Source of the DNA: Armatimonadota bacterium
GTDB lineage: Bacteria > Vulcanimicrobiota > JACPDS01 > JBDRKI01
NCBI GenBank assembly: GCA_043814095.1
Contig: JBDRKI010000049.1
Location: 1-46,979, forward strand
DNA length: 46,979 bases
Direction of reading: 5' to 3'
The stretch's first letter is position 1. The number at the start of each line of letters is the position of its first letter. Of the stretch, positions 28,993-37,134 are shown in pieces. The position numbers were made by a program, and so were the translations under genes. Below the pieces are notes generated by a model. It was given only the letters and a program-made list of their open reading frames with translations. It was not told the origin of the DNA and did not search any database.

Positions 28993-31362
28993 TTATATTT
29001 TTATAATAAAATCCTTATTTTCCTGCAATTTTACAACTTCTCCGCTATCTGTAAGAAGATAGAATTTTACCTTATAACTGCCTTTATAATATGGTGTTGT
29101 AAAATAAAGGTTTTTAAGACCTGAACTTAAGCTCTGTTTTATGTTATCCATGTAATTAACATAAGCGTTATTCTTTAGATCATATATTTTATAGAATATT
29201 TTTGTATTTTTAAGCTCTTTTTCTGATAATGATGAAATACCTGATATACTAATTCTTCCTTTATAAAAACTCTCGGGCTGTATATCATAAGACAGGTATA
29301 ATTCCGTTACTTTTAAATTATTTAATTTTTCTTTATCTATGTGTTTAACATCTGAATCTTTATCCTTATGTATTACTTCATAAATCTGTCTCAGATCCCC
29401 GTTATCTTCAAATGAATAAACCAGCTTATATGAATCATTACTTTTTAATTTATTGTACAGGTCATCATCTATATTATTCCTGAAAAGATAAATCCACTTA
29501 ACTTTCATATCTTCCAGAATCTCGGGATCAAGGGTATTCCAGAATGCCCTCCCCCTGAAGCCGGTAGCTACAGTAACATCCATCATTCTCCAGTTATCTT
29601 TGCTGAGTTTAAGCCCTGATCCAGTATTAGCGCATCCCGTGATGCTTGTGATTATAAGGTTGGCCATTGATATGGTTGATTCACTGTTATTTTCGGCAGG
29701 GATATTGGATATAAAGCGGTCGCCTTTTTTAACCAGCTTATTTAATTTTTCCGATACTTTAATATCAAGACCGGTAAAATTCTTATTCTTTGAATAAGAG
29801 ATTATCTTCTCATTAATGTTAACCTGGAAATCTTGAGGCATTAATACTGCCCTGCCCAGTATATAGACAATCTTGTCTGCCGAAGAAGCAAAGTTAAATC
29901 CTAAAAAAATTAAAAACAAAATTACTGCCGCTATTTTTAAAACTTCATTTCTCATCTTAAAGCGGATAAAATTCAATACCTTCCCGCAGCATATGCCTAA
30001 GGTAATCGCAAAGCCCAACCCTGCGGCGCATATAAACCTTAAGGACTCCGAATTAAACAAACCAAAATCAAACGCAACCGGGAAGAAAATCGCAAATAGC
30101 CCGAAAAAGCCCCAGAACATACCGTAGATATTCCCCGTAAAGATTAAAAACAACATACACATGGGAAAAAGGTATGTGGAAAAATTCTGGTCACATAAAA
30201 ACTCTTTACCGAAAAGAGATATATCTTTCCCCGCGTAATTTGTTATCATACCGAACGGTTTCTTTGGGAATGAAACTTTAATCTCCTGGTGTACACCCTG
30301 ATACAACTCCTTTGAACCATCAACCTGCTCGGCACGGGCAGGTGCTTTTACAAATTTTGATCTTGCCATATCTGTTAAGGGGCCGCCCTGGAACAGACAT
30401 ATAATAACGGAAAGAATGAATATTACAAATACTTTCTTAAAATATTCCTTATTTATTTTCTTTTCTGAAAGAAATGCTAAAAACGGGAATAATAATATTG
30501 TAAGAGATATGATTATATAATGAGTTTCATATACCAATGCAAGTCCTGCCAGTACCACGGCAGATAAAATATTAAGAAGCCGGCTTTTCTCAAATACAGC
30601 CCTGAAAAAGAAGTATGCCGACAGGAACAGGAAATTATATACAAAAGGGTTATTGTTATGTATAAGCTCAAAAAGACCCGCCCTTATTATGGCATCGGAA
30701 AATCCCGAGTTTATCGCAAAAAAAGCAAAGGCAGTAACAAACAGTGCTTCCGTTGTATTTTTAAGAAGTCTTGCCGATGTAAAAAGAATTAAGAAGTAAG
30801 TGGATACCTGGAAAAGGGGTATTAATATATATAGTGTCATAAAAGGATGGAGGTTAGCCAGTATTTTAAAGCCGCTTACAATAAGATTTCTCCCGTAATG
30901 ACCTTTCATAACAAGATCAGGGAAAAGCGGATTTGTAAGGGAGTTTCCTTTTGCTATAAGGCTTACAAGCGGAAAATGGATAAAGTAGTCATCATCTATT
31001 ACCAAAAATAAGAATATAAGTGTATACGCTATAATGGTAGCAACCATTATATTATTAGCTAAGCTTTCTGTCTTATTAAGTTTAAACTCCGGAAAATTCA
31101 ACTGATCTTCTTCGTCACCGGACCTCTTCTTTTTGTTACTATAGAAATAAAATATTATAGACAAAAGAAACATTATAAAAGCTGTCAGGAAAACAGCAGG
31201 TTTAAACGATAAAAACTTTGAAAAAAGGTTAACACCCGTCATGAAAAATATGAGACCGGTTGAAACACTTAAAGCAAAAACTAAAGGTGCTTCTTTCTCC
31301 TTTAAGATAACTTTAGAAAAATAATAACCGAATATAAAAGGGATAAATCCCAGCAGGATCAA
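28993..31362 (-). CDS. Large multi-pass membrane protein, possible GT-C fold
   Basis: More than 10 hydrophobic segments, DDDYFIH acidic loop motif, soluble C-terminal domain. Start moved from 31392 to TTG 31362 (AGGAGG RBS). Confidence 0.65.
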   Translation of the reverse strand: MILLGFIPFIFGYYFSKVILKEKEAPLVFALSVSTGLIFFMTGVNLFSKFLSFKPAVFLTAFIMFLLSIIFYFYSNKKKRSGDEEDQLNFPEFKLNKTESLANNIMVATIIAYTLIFLFLVIDDDYFIHFPLVSLIAKGNSLTNPLFPDLVMKGHYGRNLIVSGFKILANLHPFMTLYILIPLFQVSTYFLILFTSARLLKNTTEALFVTAFAFFAINSGFSDAIIRAGLFELIHNNNPFVYNFLFLSAYFFFRAVFEKSRLLNILSAVVLAGLALVYETHYIIISLTILLFPFLAFLSEKKINKEYFKKVFVIFILSVIICLFQGGPLTDMARSKFVKAPARAEQVDGSKELYQGVHQEIKVSFPKKPFGMITNYAGKDISLFGKEFLCDQNFSTYLFPMCMLFLIFTGNIYGMFWGFFGLFAIFFPVAFDFGLFNSESLRFICAAGLGFAITLGICCGKVLNFIRFKMRNEVLKIAAVILFLIFLGFNFASSADKIVYILGRAVLMPQDFQVNINEKIISYSKNKNFTGLDIKVSEKLNKLVKKGDRFISNIPAENNSESTISMANLIITSITGCANTGSGLKLSKDNWRMMDVTVATGFRGRAFWNTLDPEILEDMKVKWIYLFRNNIDDDLYNKLKSNDSYKLVYSFEDNGDLRQIYEVIHKDKDSDVKHIDKEKLNNLKVTELYLSYDIQPESFYKGRISISGISSLSEKELKNTKIFYKIYDLKNNAYVNYMDNIKQSLSSGLKNLYFTTPYYKGSYKVKFYLLTDSGEVVKLQENKDFIIKI

Positions 31363-31475
31363 GACTTCCTCCTGAAGTAGGAAATTATGCACGCTCCTAT
31401 ATAAATAACATAACCGGATACTATTGTGTTAATTATGAAAACTTTATACTTTACGGTAAAGGGCACAAAATCCAT
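31359..31475 (-). CDS. Small 38-aa hydrophobic protein (below ORF-track cutoff)
   Basis: MDFVPFTVKYKVFIINTIVSGYVIYIGACIISYFRRKS; GGAG at 31487-31490; stop overlaps the next TTG start (TTGA). Confidence 0.5.
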   Translation of the reverse strand: MDFVPFTVKYKVFIINTIVSGYVIYIGACIISYFRRKS

Positions 31476-31482
31476 GTTTAAC

Positions 31483-32424
31483 TTATCTCCTTTTCAGGTG
31501 AGCTTCATATAAATACATAAGCCCTCCGGAAGCGCTCACTAAGAGAAATGCACCGAACACTATCCAGCATACACTTACTGCCGTATTCGCATCCCATCCG
31601 CAGGATGAGAAAAAATATATATACAAAAACTCCCTTACACCTATGCCGTTAATAGATATAGGCGCCATTGATATAAGAGCGATTAAAGGTATCCATATCA
31701 TAAGAAGTCCCCAGCCTACCGGTACGCCAAGCTCTTTCGCCAGAAAATAATGTATTACGACCACGGTAAAATAACTTGCTATACTGTATAAAAAACAGAT
31801 ACTTAAAGCGGCTTTATTCTTTATCGTAAATTTTACCGCTTTTGAAGCTGAGTTTGCTATAGTGTAAAAATAACGGGCAGCTCTTTTTGAAATTATGATA
31901 TTCTTAACCCATGGAGTAACAACAATAAAACTCATTACCAGAAATATTAATATTAAGACTGAAAGATATAAACTTAAAGGATATCCTTTATACTTAAGAT
32001 CAACAAAAAAACTTGCCGTAAAAGCCATTAAAATAAGGGAGAAAAGGCCTATATACCTGTCCACGAAAACAGAAAAAAAAGATATCTGGAGCTTTTTATT
32101 ATCCCTGTAAAGCACATAGCCCTTAACGGCATCAGCGCCTACTGTCGCCGGGAGAAATATATTAAAAAAGAGCCCTATAAAAAAAGCTTTAAAGAGTCTC
32201 GGAAAAGAGCACCCGCTTTTTAATTTGGAAAGTATGACCTGCCATCTTAAGATAAGAAGAAGCTGACCCGCTACTGTAAGAGCAAAAATAAGGATGATGA
32301 TTGAGAGGTTAAGTTCCTTAAAATTAGCTAAAACTTCTGAGAAGTTAATTTTTTTAAATAAAAAAATTAAAAGAATAACCCCTATTGCTATTTTAAAAAT
32401 TAAAACCATGTTTTTTGTTTTCAA
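31483..32424 (-). CDS. Flippase-like membrane protein (UPF0104 / lysylphosphatidylglycerol synthase TM family)
   Basis: LRWQVIL, FFNIFLPATVGADAVK, DRYIG, PISINGIGVRE motifs. Confidence 0.88.
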   Translation of the reverse strand: MKTKNMVLIFKIAIGVILLIFLFKKINFSEVLANFKELNLSIIILIFALTVAGQLLLILRWQVILSKLKSGCSFPRLFKAFFIGLFFNIFLPATVGADAVKGYVLYRDNKKLQISFFSVFVDRYIGLFSLILMAFTASFFVDLKYKGYPLSLYLSVLILIFLVMSFIVVTPWVKNIIISKRAARYFYTIANSASKAVKFTIKNKAALSICFLYSIASYFTVVVIHYFLAKELGVPVGWGLLMIWIPLIALISMAPISINGIGVREFLYIYFFSSCGWDANTAVSVCWIVFGAFLLVSASGGLMYLYEAHLKRR

Positions 32425-32450
32425 AGTAATAATCCTAAATTAAAAACAAA

Positions 32451-32714
32451 TTATTTCTTATATGTATTTTCGCTGCGCCTTGATATATCCAATATCTCCA
32501 GGATATTCATTTCATTATTAATATCAAAAATAATTCTATAATCCCCTACCCTGTAGCGGTAATGCCCCAAGGGGACAACTTTAAGTTTTATAACACCGTG
32601 ACTATCGGGTTTTTTCTGAAGCTTAATGATTGCTTTTTTTATTTTTTTAGCATCCGAAAGCGGAATTTTAAGAAAAAACCTGGCGGCCCTTTTCGAAAAT
32701 ACTGCTTGATACAT
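32451..32714 (-). CDS. RelE-family type II toxin
   Basis: YRYRVGDYRIIFDI, ISRRSENTYK; 87 aa basic protein. Confidence 0.88.
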   Translation of the reverse strand: MYQAVFSKRAARFFLKIPLSDAKKIKKAIIKLQKKPDSHGVIKLKVVPLGHYRYRVGDYRIIFDINNEMNILEILDISRRSENTYKK

Positions 32715-32996
32715 TTATATTCTCCGCTTTTTAAATAATTTATCAGCGGGCATGCCTTTTCCTTTTCTAATCTCCAGTTTGGCTTCCAAAAGTTCTTTTA
32801 AATAAATTGGATCTGATAGTTCTTGAAGTGCCTGTTTTTCCTCAAGATACCTATCCATATCCACCAGTACAGCCACCGGCTCGCCTTTCTGAGTAACAAC
32901 AATATCTTCCTTTTTGGACAAGTTTTTAAGAAGCGCGGTTAACTTTTTGCGCAACTCGTCCGTTCCTAAAAACTGAAAATGCAGAGCATCCAGCAT
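32715..32996 (-). CDS. Phd/YefM family antitoxin
   Basis: ELRKKLTALL, IVVTQKGEPVAVLV; directly upstream of RelE-like gene. Confidence 0.88.
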   Translation of the reverse strand: MLDALHFQFLGTDELRKKLTALLKNLSKKEDIVVTQKGEPVAVLVDMDRYLEEKQALQELSDPIYLKELLEAKLEIRKGKGMPADKLFKKRRI

Positions 32997-33004
32997 GTTC
33001 CCTC

Positions 33005-33053
33005 CCTAATGTTTTCCTAATGATATTATAGCGCAAATGAGTACTCTTAGCAA
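33005..33053 (-). promoter_or_regulatory. Promoter/operator of toxin-antitoxin pair 2
   Basis: TTGCTA (33053-33048) - 17 nt - TATAAT (33030-33025); palindrome GAGTACTC (33039-33046) in spacer; CCTAATG repeated at 33005 and 33016. Confidence 0.6.
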
Positions 33054-34054
33054 GCAAGATATTCCTTAAGCTCTTTTACCGACAGTCTGCTTTTATCCCA
33101 TCCGTAGTTCATGGGCAGACAGTTATGATTGTCTTTTATCCATATACTGTTCGATAATGAAAGCCCGCGGGCTTTCATTATCTCATGGCAGAGCTCGCCG
33201 TAAACCTTGCCTGTTTTTTCTTTAATATCTTTCTCAAAAACAATATATTTATAATAGCCCGACTTCATTCCCCCGGGGAAAGTGACTCTGTTTTGGAATA
33301 TCTTATCGTATTTTTTTGCTAAGCTTCTCTTCCACCTTAAAATCTCAGGCAGGTTCTTAAGCTGTATAAGGCCGAAAGCTGCGGTAAGTTCGTTCATCCT
33401 GTAATTAAAACCCTCAACTTTATAATCAAATTTGCCGTAATTGCGGAACTTCTTTATCCATTCTATGAGCTTTTTATCCTTACTTACAACCATGCCTCCT
33501 TCGCCCAGAGGCATTGTTTTTGTGGCATAAAAAGAATATGCCCCGGCAATGCCGAAAGAACCCGGTTTTACGCCTTTAAACTCGGCTCCGTGCGCGTGAG
33601 CACAGTCTTCAACTAAAAATATCTTTTTCTTCTTACAGAATTCTTTTATCTTCAATATATCAAAAGCGATATGGCCGCCTATATGAACCACAATAACAGC
33701 TTTCGTTTTAGAGGTAACTCTCTTTTTAAGATCTTCATAACTTAAGCAGAGATCATATTTATTACAGTCCGCCCAAATTACGTTTCCGCCTGCTTCTTTT
33801 ACAGACATAGGAGTAGCCATAAATGTATTTGAAGGAACTATAACATCATAACCTTTGACATCAATGTATTTAAGTATGGCTAAAAGGGCGGCGCCGCCGT
33901 TGCTTACGGCGGCGGCTCCGGCTTTTGTATATTTGCCAAATTTTTTCTCAAATTCTTTTACCATTGCGCCTTCTGATAAAAAACCGCTCTCAAAAACCTT
34001 ATCAAGTAGCTTGTAGTAATCTTTTTTGCTTTTTTTAACAAAATTAACGCTCAT
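33047..34054 (-). CDS. DegT/DnrJ/EryC1/StrS family aminotransferase (compact form)
   Basis: VEDCAHAHG, YSFYATKTMPLGEGGM. Start set at ATG 34054 (GAGGG RBS); ORF track start 34069. Confidence 0.9.
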   Translation of the reverse strand: MSVNFVKKSKKDYYKLLDKVFESGFLSEGAMVKEFEKKFGKYTKAGAAAVSNGGAALLAILKYIDVKGYDVIVPSNTFMATPMSVKEAGGNVIWADCNKYDLCLSYEDLKKRVTSKTKAVIVVHIGGHIAFDILKIKEFCKKKKIFLVEDCAHAHGAEFKGVKPGSFGIAGAYSFYATKTMPLGEGGMVVSKDKKLIEWIKKFRNYGKFDYKVEGFNYRMNELTAAFGLIQLKNLPEILRWKRSLAKKYDKIFQNRVTFPGGMKSGYYKYIVFEKDIKEKTGKVYGELCHEIMKARGLSLSNSIWIKDNHNCLPMNYGWDKSRLSVKELKEYLAC

Positions 34055-34061
34055 ATTACCC

Positions 34062-35093
34062 TCATACAAAATTTACTGTTTTAATATTCTTTAAATCGTA
34101 CAGCTCTTTATTGAATTTGGTCATCCTGCATACGGGACAGTATTTAGAGGTAAATCGGGAATTATATACTTTTAAAGACTGGGACTGCCTTTGTTTTGAA
34201 TGCCATAATTCGTTGAAAGTATTTTTATTCAAATTGCCTATAGGTCCCCATTCGCGATGAATATGGAGCCTGCCGCATAAATACACATCAGAATCAGCTG
34301 TGATTACCGATGATAAACTGTGCGCAACACAAGGCAAGGATGCATTGCCGCAGGCAAGCCTTTCATTATAATTAACCAGAACCTTAAAATCTTTGTCTGC
34401 TTTATCTTCTATACCCTCAAGCTCATCCCCGTAAGGGAGAAGTTCTTCATTATCTTCAATCGGCCTTATGTAGAAATAATCAACCCCTATATTTTTTAAT
34501 CTATCTATGACATCATTAATAAACAGGAGGTTGTATTTGGTAGCTATATAACTTACGCCTACAACCGTTTTCTTATTTGAACGATTTACAAGCTTCTCAA
34601 TATTGGAAAATATTTTATTATAATCTTTTTTGTTTCCTTTTTTGTATTTAGCGTAGTTTTCCGCATTATCCACATCAAGGGATATTCTTATCCATTCAAA
34701 TTTTTCTACCGAGTCAGAGTAAGGTATGAGAACCCCGTTTGTTATAAGGCCGAATTTAATATCAACATTATTAATAAACTTCATTAAATCTTTGAAATGA
34801 GAATAAACTGTGGGTTCTCCCCCGCCCTCTATCGTTATACCGCGCGTCCCCCCGTGAGCAAGATCAAGTATGAGTTTTTTTAATATCTCAAATTTAATCT
34901 CTTTCTTATTACTTTTCCTCAGGTGCCAGTCAACACACCATATGCATTTAAGATTGCATTTATTTGTAAGAGAAAGCTCCACAGATACAGGATATGAAGT
35001 ATCAAACTTAAACTTAGGAGCCCTGGCTATAGCAAGAAGCTTATTTACCTTATCGGGGTGAAAAAATAATTTATTAACGCCGATTTCGCTCAT
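34062..35093 (-). CDS. Radical SAM protein with twitch/SPASM-like domain
   Basis: CNLKCIWC, EGGGEPT, TNG, PC..VYLC..CPVCR. Confidence 0.9.
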   Translation of the reverse strand: MSEIGVNKLFFHPDKVNKLLAIARAPKFKFDTSYPVSVELSLTNKCNLKCIWCVDWHLRKSNKKEIKFEILKKLILDLAHGGTRGITIEGGGEPTVYSHFKDLMKFINNVDIKFGLITNGVLIPYSDSVEKFEWIRISLDVDNAENYAKYKKGNKKDYNKIFSNIEKLVNRSNKKTVVGVSYIATKYNLLFINDVIDRLKNIGVDYFYIRPIEDNEELLPYGDELEGIEDKADKDFKVLVNYNERLACGNASLPCVAHSLSSVITADSDVYLCGRLHIHREWGPIGNLNKNTFNELWHSKQRQSQSLKVYNSRFTSKYCPVCRMTKFNKELYDLKNIKTVNFV

Positions 35094-35153
35094 TCTTTAT
35101 CCTTTTTTAATTCTATATTATTATATTTATGATACTATTTACGTTATATAAGG

Positions 35154-36026
35154 CTATACAAGGGATAAAATATAAAAGATGTATTGTTTGTAACTGTAAC
35201 TTGATGCTTTGATTGATTTTGCAAGATAATCCCTTGCCTGGACCTTATTTTTTTTCTGCATACATACCCTGCCAAGCCGGTAATAAAGCTCAGCAAGTTT
35301 TTTCTTTAACCTGCCGGATATATTCTCTATATCATCCGGGTATTTATCCATAATATGTTCAGTAACTTTTATATCTTCTTTTAAAGAATTCTCAATATCT
35401 TTGCTCAGGTTAGTGTCATGGATACGGTACCCTGCCAGAACCTCATCTATAAATTCTACGTTATGATTACGCGCTATTCTCAAAAATAGATCGTATTCCT
35501 CGGCAAAAGTATAATCTTCAAGGAAAAGTCCCGTTTTATCAAGGATCTCTTTTTTAATAAGCACGGTGGGAATCGGTATAAAGTTATCTATGGCAAGCTG
35601 TTCAAATACTTTTCCTGAATATGACCTCCCTTTTTCAAACAGCCTTAATAGAACTTTATCTTCAGCATCTATATAATTACAATCAGCATAAACTATACCC
35701 GTATCCGGTCTTTTGTCTAAAAGAGCAATCTGCTTTTCAAGTCTTTGGGAATACCATAGATCGTCTTGATCCAGAAGAGCTATATATTCGCCTTTTGCTT
35801 CTCTTATAGCCCTGTTCCTGGCAGCAGAGACCCCGCTGTTTTTCTGATAGAAATACCTTACCTTATCCCCGTAACTGGATAAAACTTCTTTTGAGTAATC
35901 AGTTGACCCGTCATCAACCACAATAATCTCATAATCGGTATAAGTCTGGTCCAGAACGCTCTGGATCGTTCTTTTAATGTATTTCTCCGCGTTATACACG
36001 GGTATAATAACACTTACTTTAGGCAT
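35154..36026 (-). CDS. Glycosyltransferase family 2
   Basis: VSVIIPVYN, VVDDGSTD, SAARN, LDQDDLW, EEYDL. Start set at ATG 36026 (ORF track 36047). Confidence 0.92.
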   Translation of the reverse strand: MPKVSVIIPVYNAEKYIKRTIQSVLDQTYTDYEIIVVDDGSTDYSKEVLSSYGDKVRYFYQKNSGVSAARNRAIREAKGEYIALLDQDDLWYSQRLEKQIALLDKRPDTGIVYADCNYIDAEDKVLLRLFEKGRSYSGKVFEQLAIDNFIPIPTVLIKKEILDKTGLFLEDYTFAEEYDLFLRIARNHNVEFIDEVLAGYRIHDTNLSKDIENSLKEDIKVTEHIMDKYPDDIENISGRLKKKLAELYYRLGRVCMQKKNKVQARDYLAKSIKASSYSYKQYIFYILSLV

Positions 36027-37134
36027 AAAAACCCCTAATCCCGTCAATAACTTTATTAATATCCTTATTGGTCATGCCGTAATAAAGAGGGAGTGTTAAA
36101 ATTTCACCGAAAAGCTTCTCCGTAACAGGCAGTTTTGTTTTAAACTTCTTAAAGAAAGGCTGCAGGTGGTTAGGAATATAATGGATGCCGGTATCTATGC
36201 CTTTCTGCTTCAGGTAATCAATTAGCTCCTGCCTTCTTACTTTCACCTTTAAGATATAGTTAAAAGGCGCTGTTTCATTATAATTTTTCTTTGTAATCTC
36301 TAGCTGCGGTATCTTCTTAAAAGCATCATCGTATTTTTTTACTATCTTCTTTTTACCGTCAATTATTTTATTAAGTCTTTTCAGCTGTACAATCCCTATG
36401 GCTGCGTTAATATTACTCATATGGTAGCGAAAGCCTATAGAATCTATCGAATAATGCCAGTTCCTGTTGTTTTTATAGCGGGTCCAGGTCTCCTTATCTA
36501 TGCCCATAATCCGCTTTTTAATTATCTGCTTTACCCACTTCGGATTTGAAGTTGCTATCCCGCCGCCTTCGCCGCAGGTTATGTTTTTTATAGGATCAAA
36601 CGAGAAACAGGTCATATCGCCGAAACTGCCGATTTTTTTGTTCTTATACTTTGAACCGAAAGCGTGAGCGGCATCTTCTATTACGGTTATTTTATGTTTT
36701 TTTGCAAGTTTGATTAAAGGATCCATATCAGCCGGCTGTCCGGAGTAATGTACCGGAATAACGGCTTTGGTTTTAGAAGTTATCTTTTTCTCAAAATCTT
36801 TTACATCTATATTTAAAGTATCGGGCTCAACATCACAGAAAACAGGTTTGGCCCCGCAGTAAATTATCGGATGAATTGAAGCCACAAAAGTAAGTGACGG
36901 AACGATAACCTCGTCCCCTACCCCCACTCCGGAGGTTAAAAGAGCGAGGTGTATAGCAGATGTACCTGTATTAACCGCAACAAAATATTTAGCGTTTAAG
37001 TATTTCTCGACTTCATCTTCAAACTTTTTAACCTCAGCGCCCATACCGAGCCAGGCGCTTTCAAAAACTTTGCTTACGCTAGCCAGTTCATCTTTGCCTA
37101 AATAAGGTTTCTGCACGCTGATAACTTTGCTCAT
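36019..37134 (-). CDS. DegT/DnrJ/EryC1/StrS family aminotransferase
   Basis: IEDAAHAFG, CFSFDPIKNITCGEGG, GIHYIPNH. Confidence 0.93.
   Translation of the reverse strand: MSKVISVQKPYLGKDELASVSKVFESAWLGMGAEVKKFEDEVEKYLNAKYFVAVNTGTSAIHLALLTSGVGVGDEVIVPSLTFVASIHPIIYCGAKPVFCDVEPDTLNIDVKDFEKKITSKTKAVIPVHYSGQPADMDPLIKLAKKHKITVIEDAAHAFGSKYKNKKIGSFGDMTCFSFDPIKNITCGEGGGIATSNPKWVKQIIKKRIMGIDKETWTRYKNNRNWHYSIDSIGFRYHMSNINAAIGIVQLKRLNKIIDGKKKIVKKYDDAFKKIPQLEITKKNYNETAPFNYILKVKVRRQELIDYLKQKGIDTGIHYIPNHLQPFFKKFKTKLPVTEKLFGEILTLPLYYGMTNKDINKVIDGIRGFYA

Noticed and set aside
21984-36618. Short identical DNA stretches shared by the DegT genes (GAGAAACAGGTCATATC)
   Set aside because: Explained by the conserved DMTCFS protein motif in paralogs, not a repeat element.
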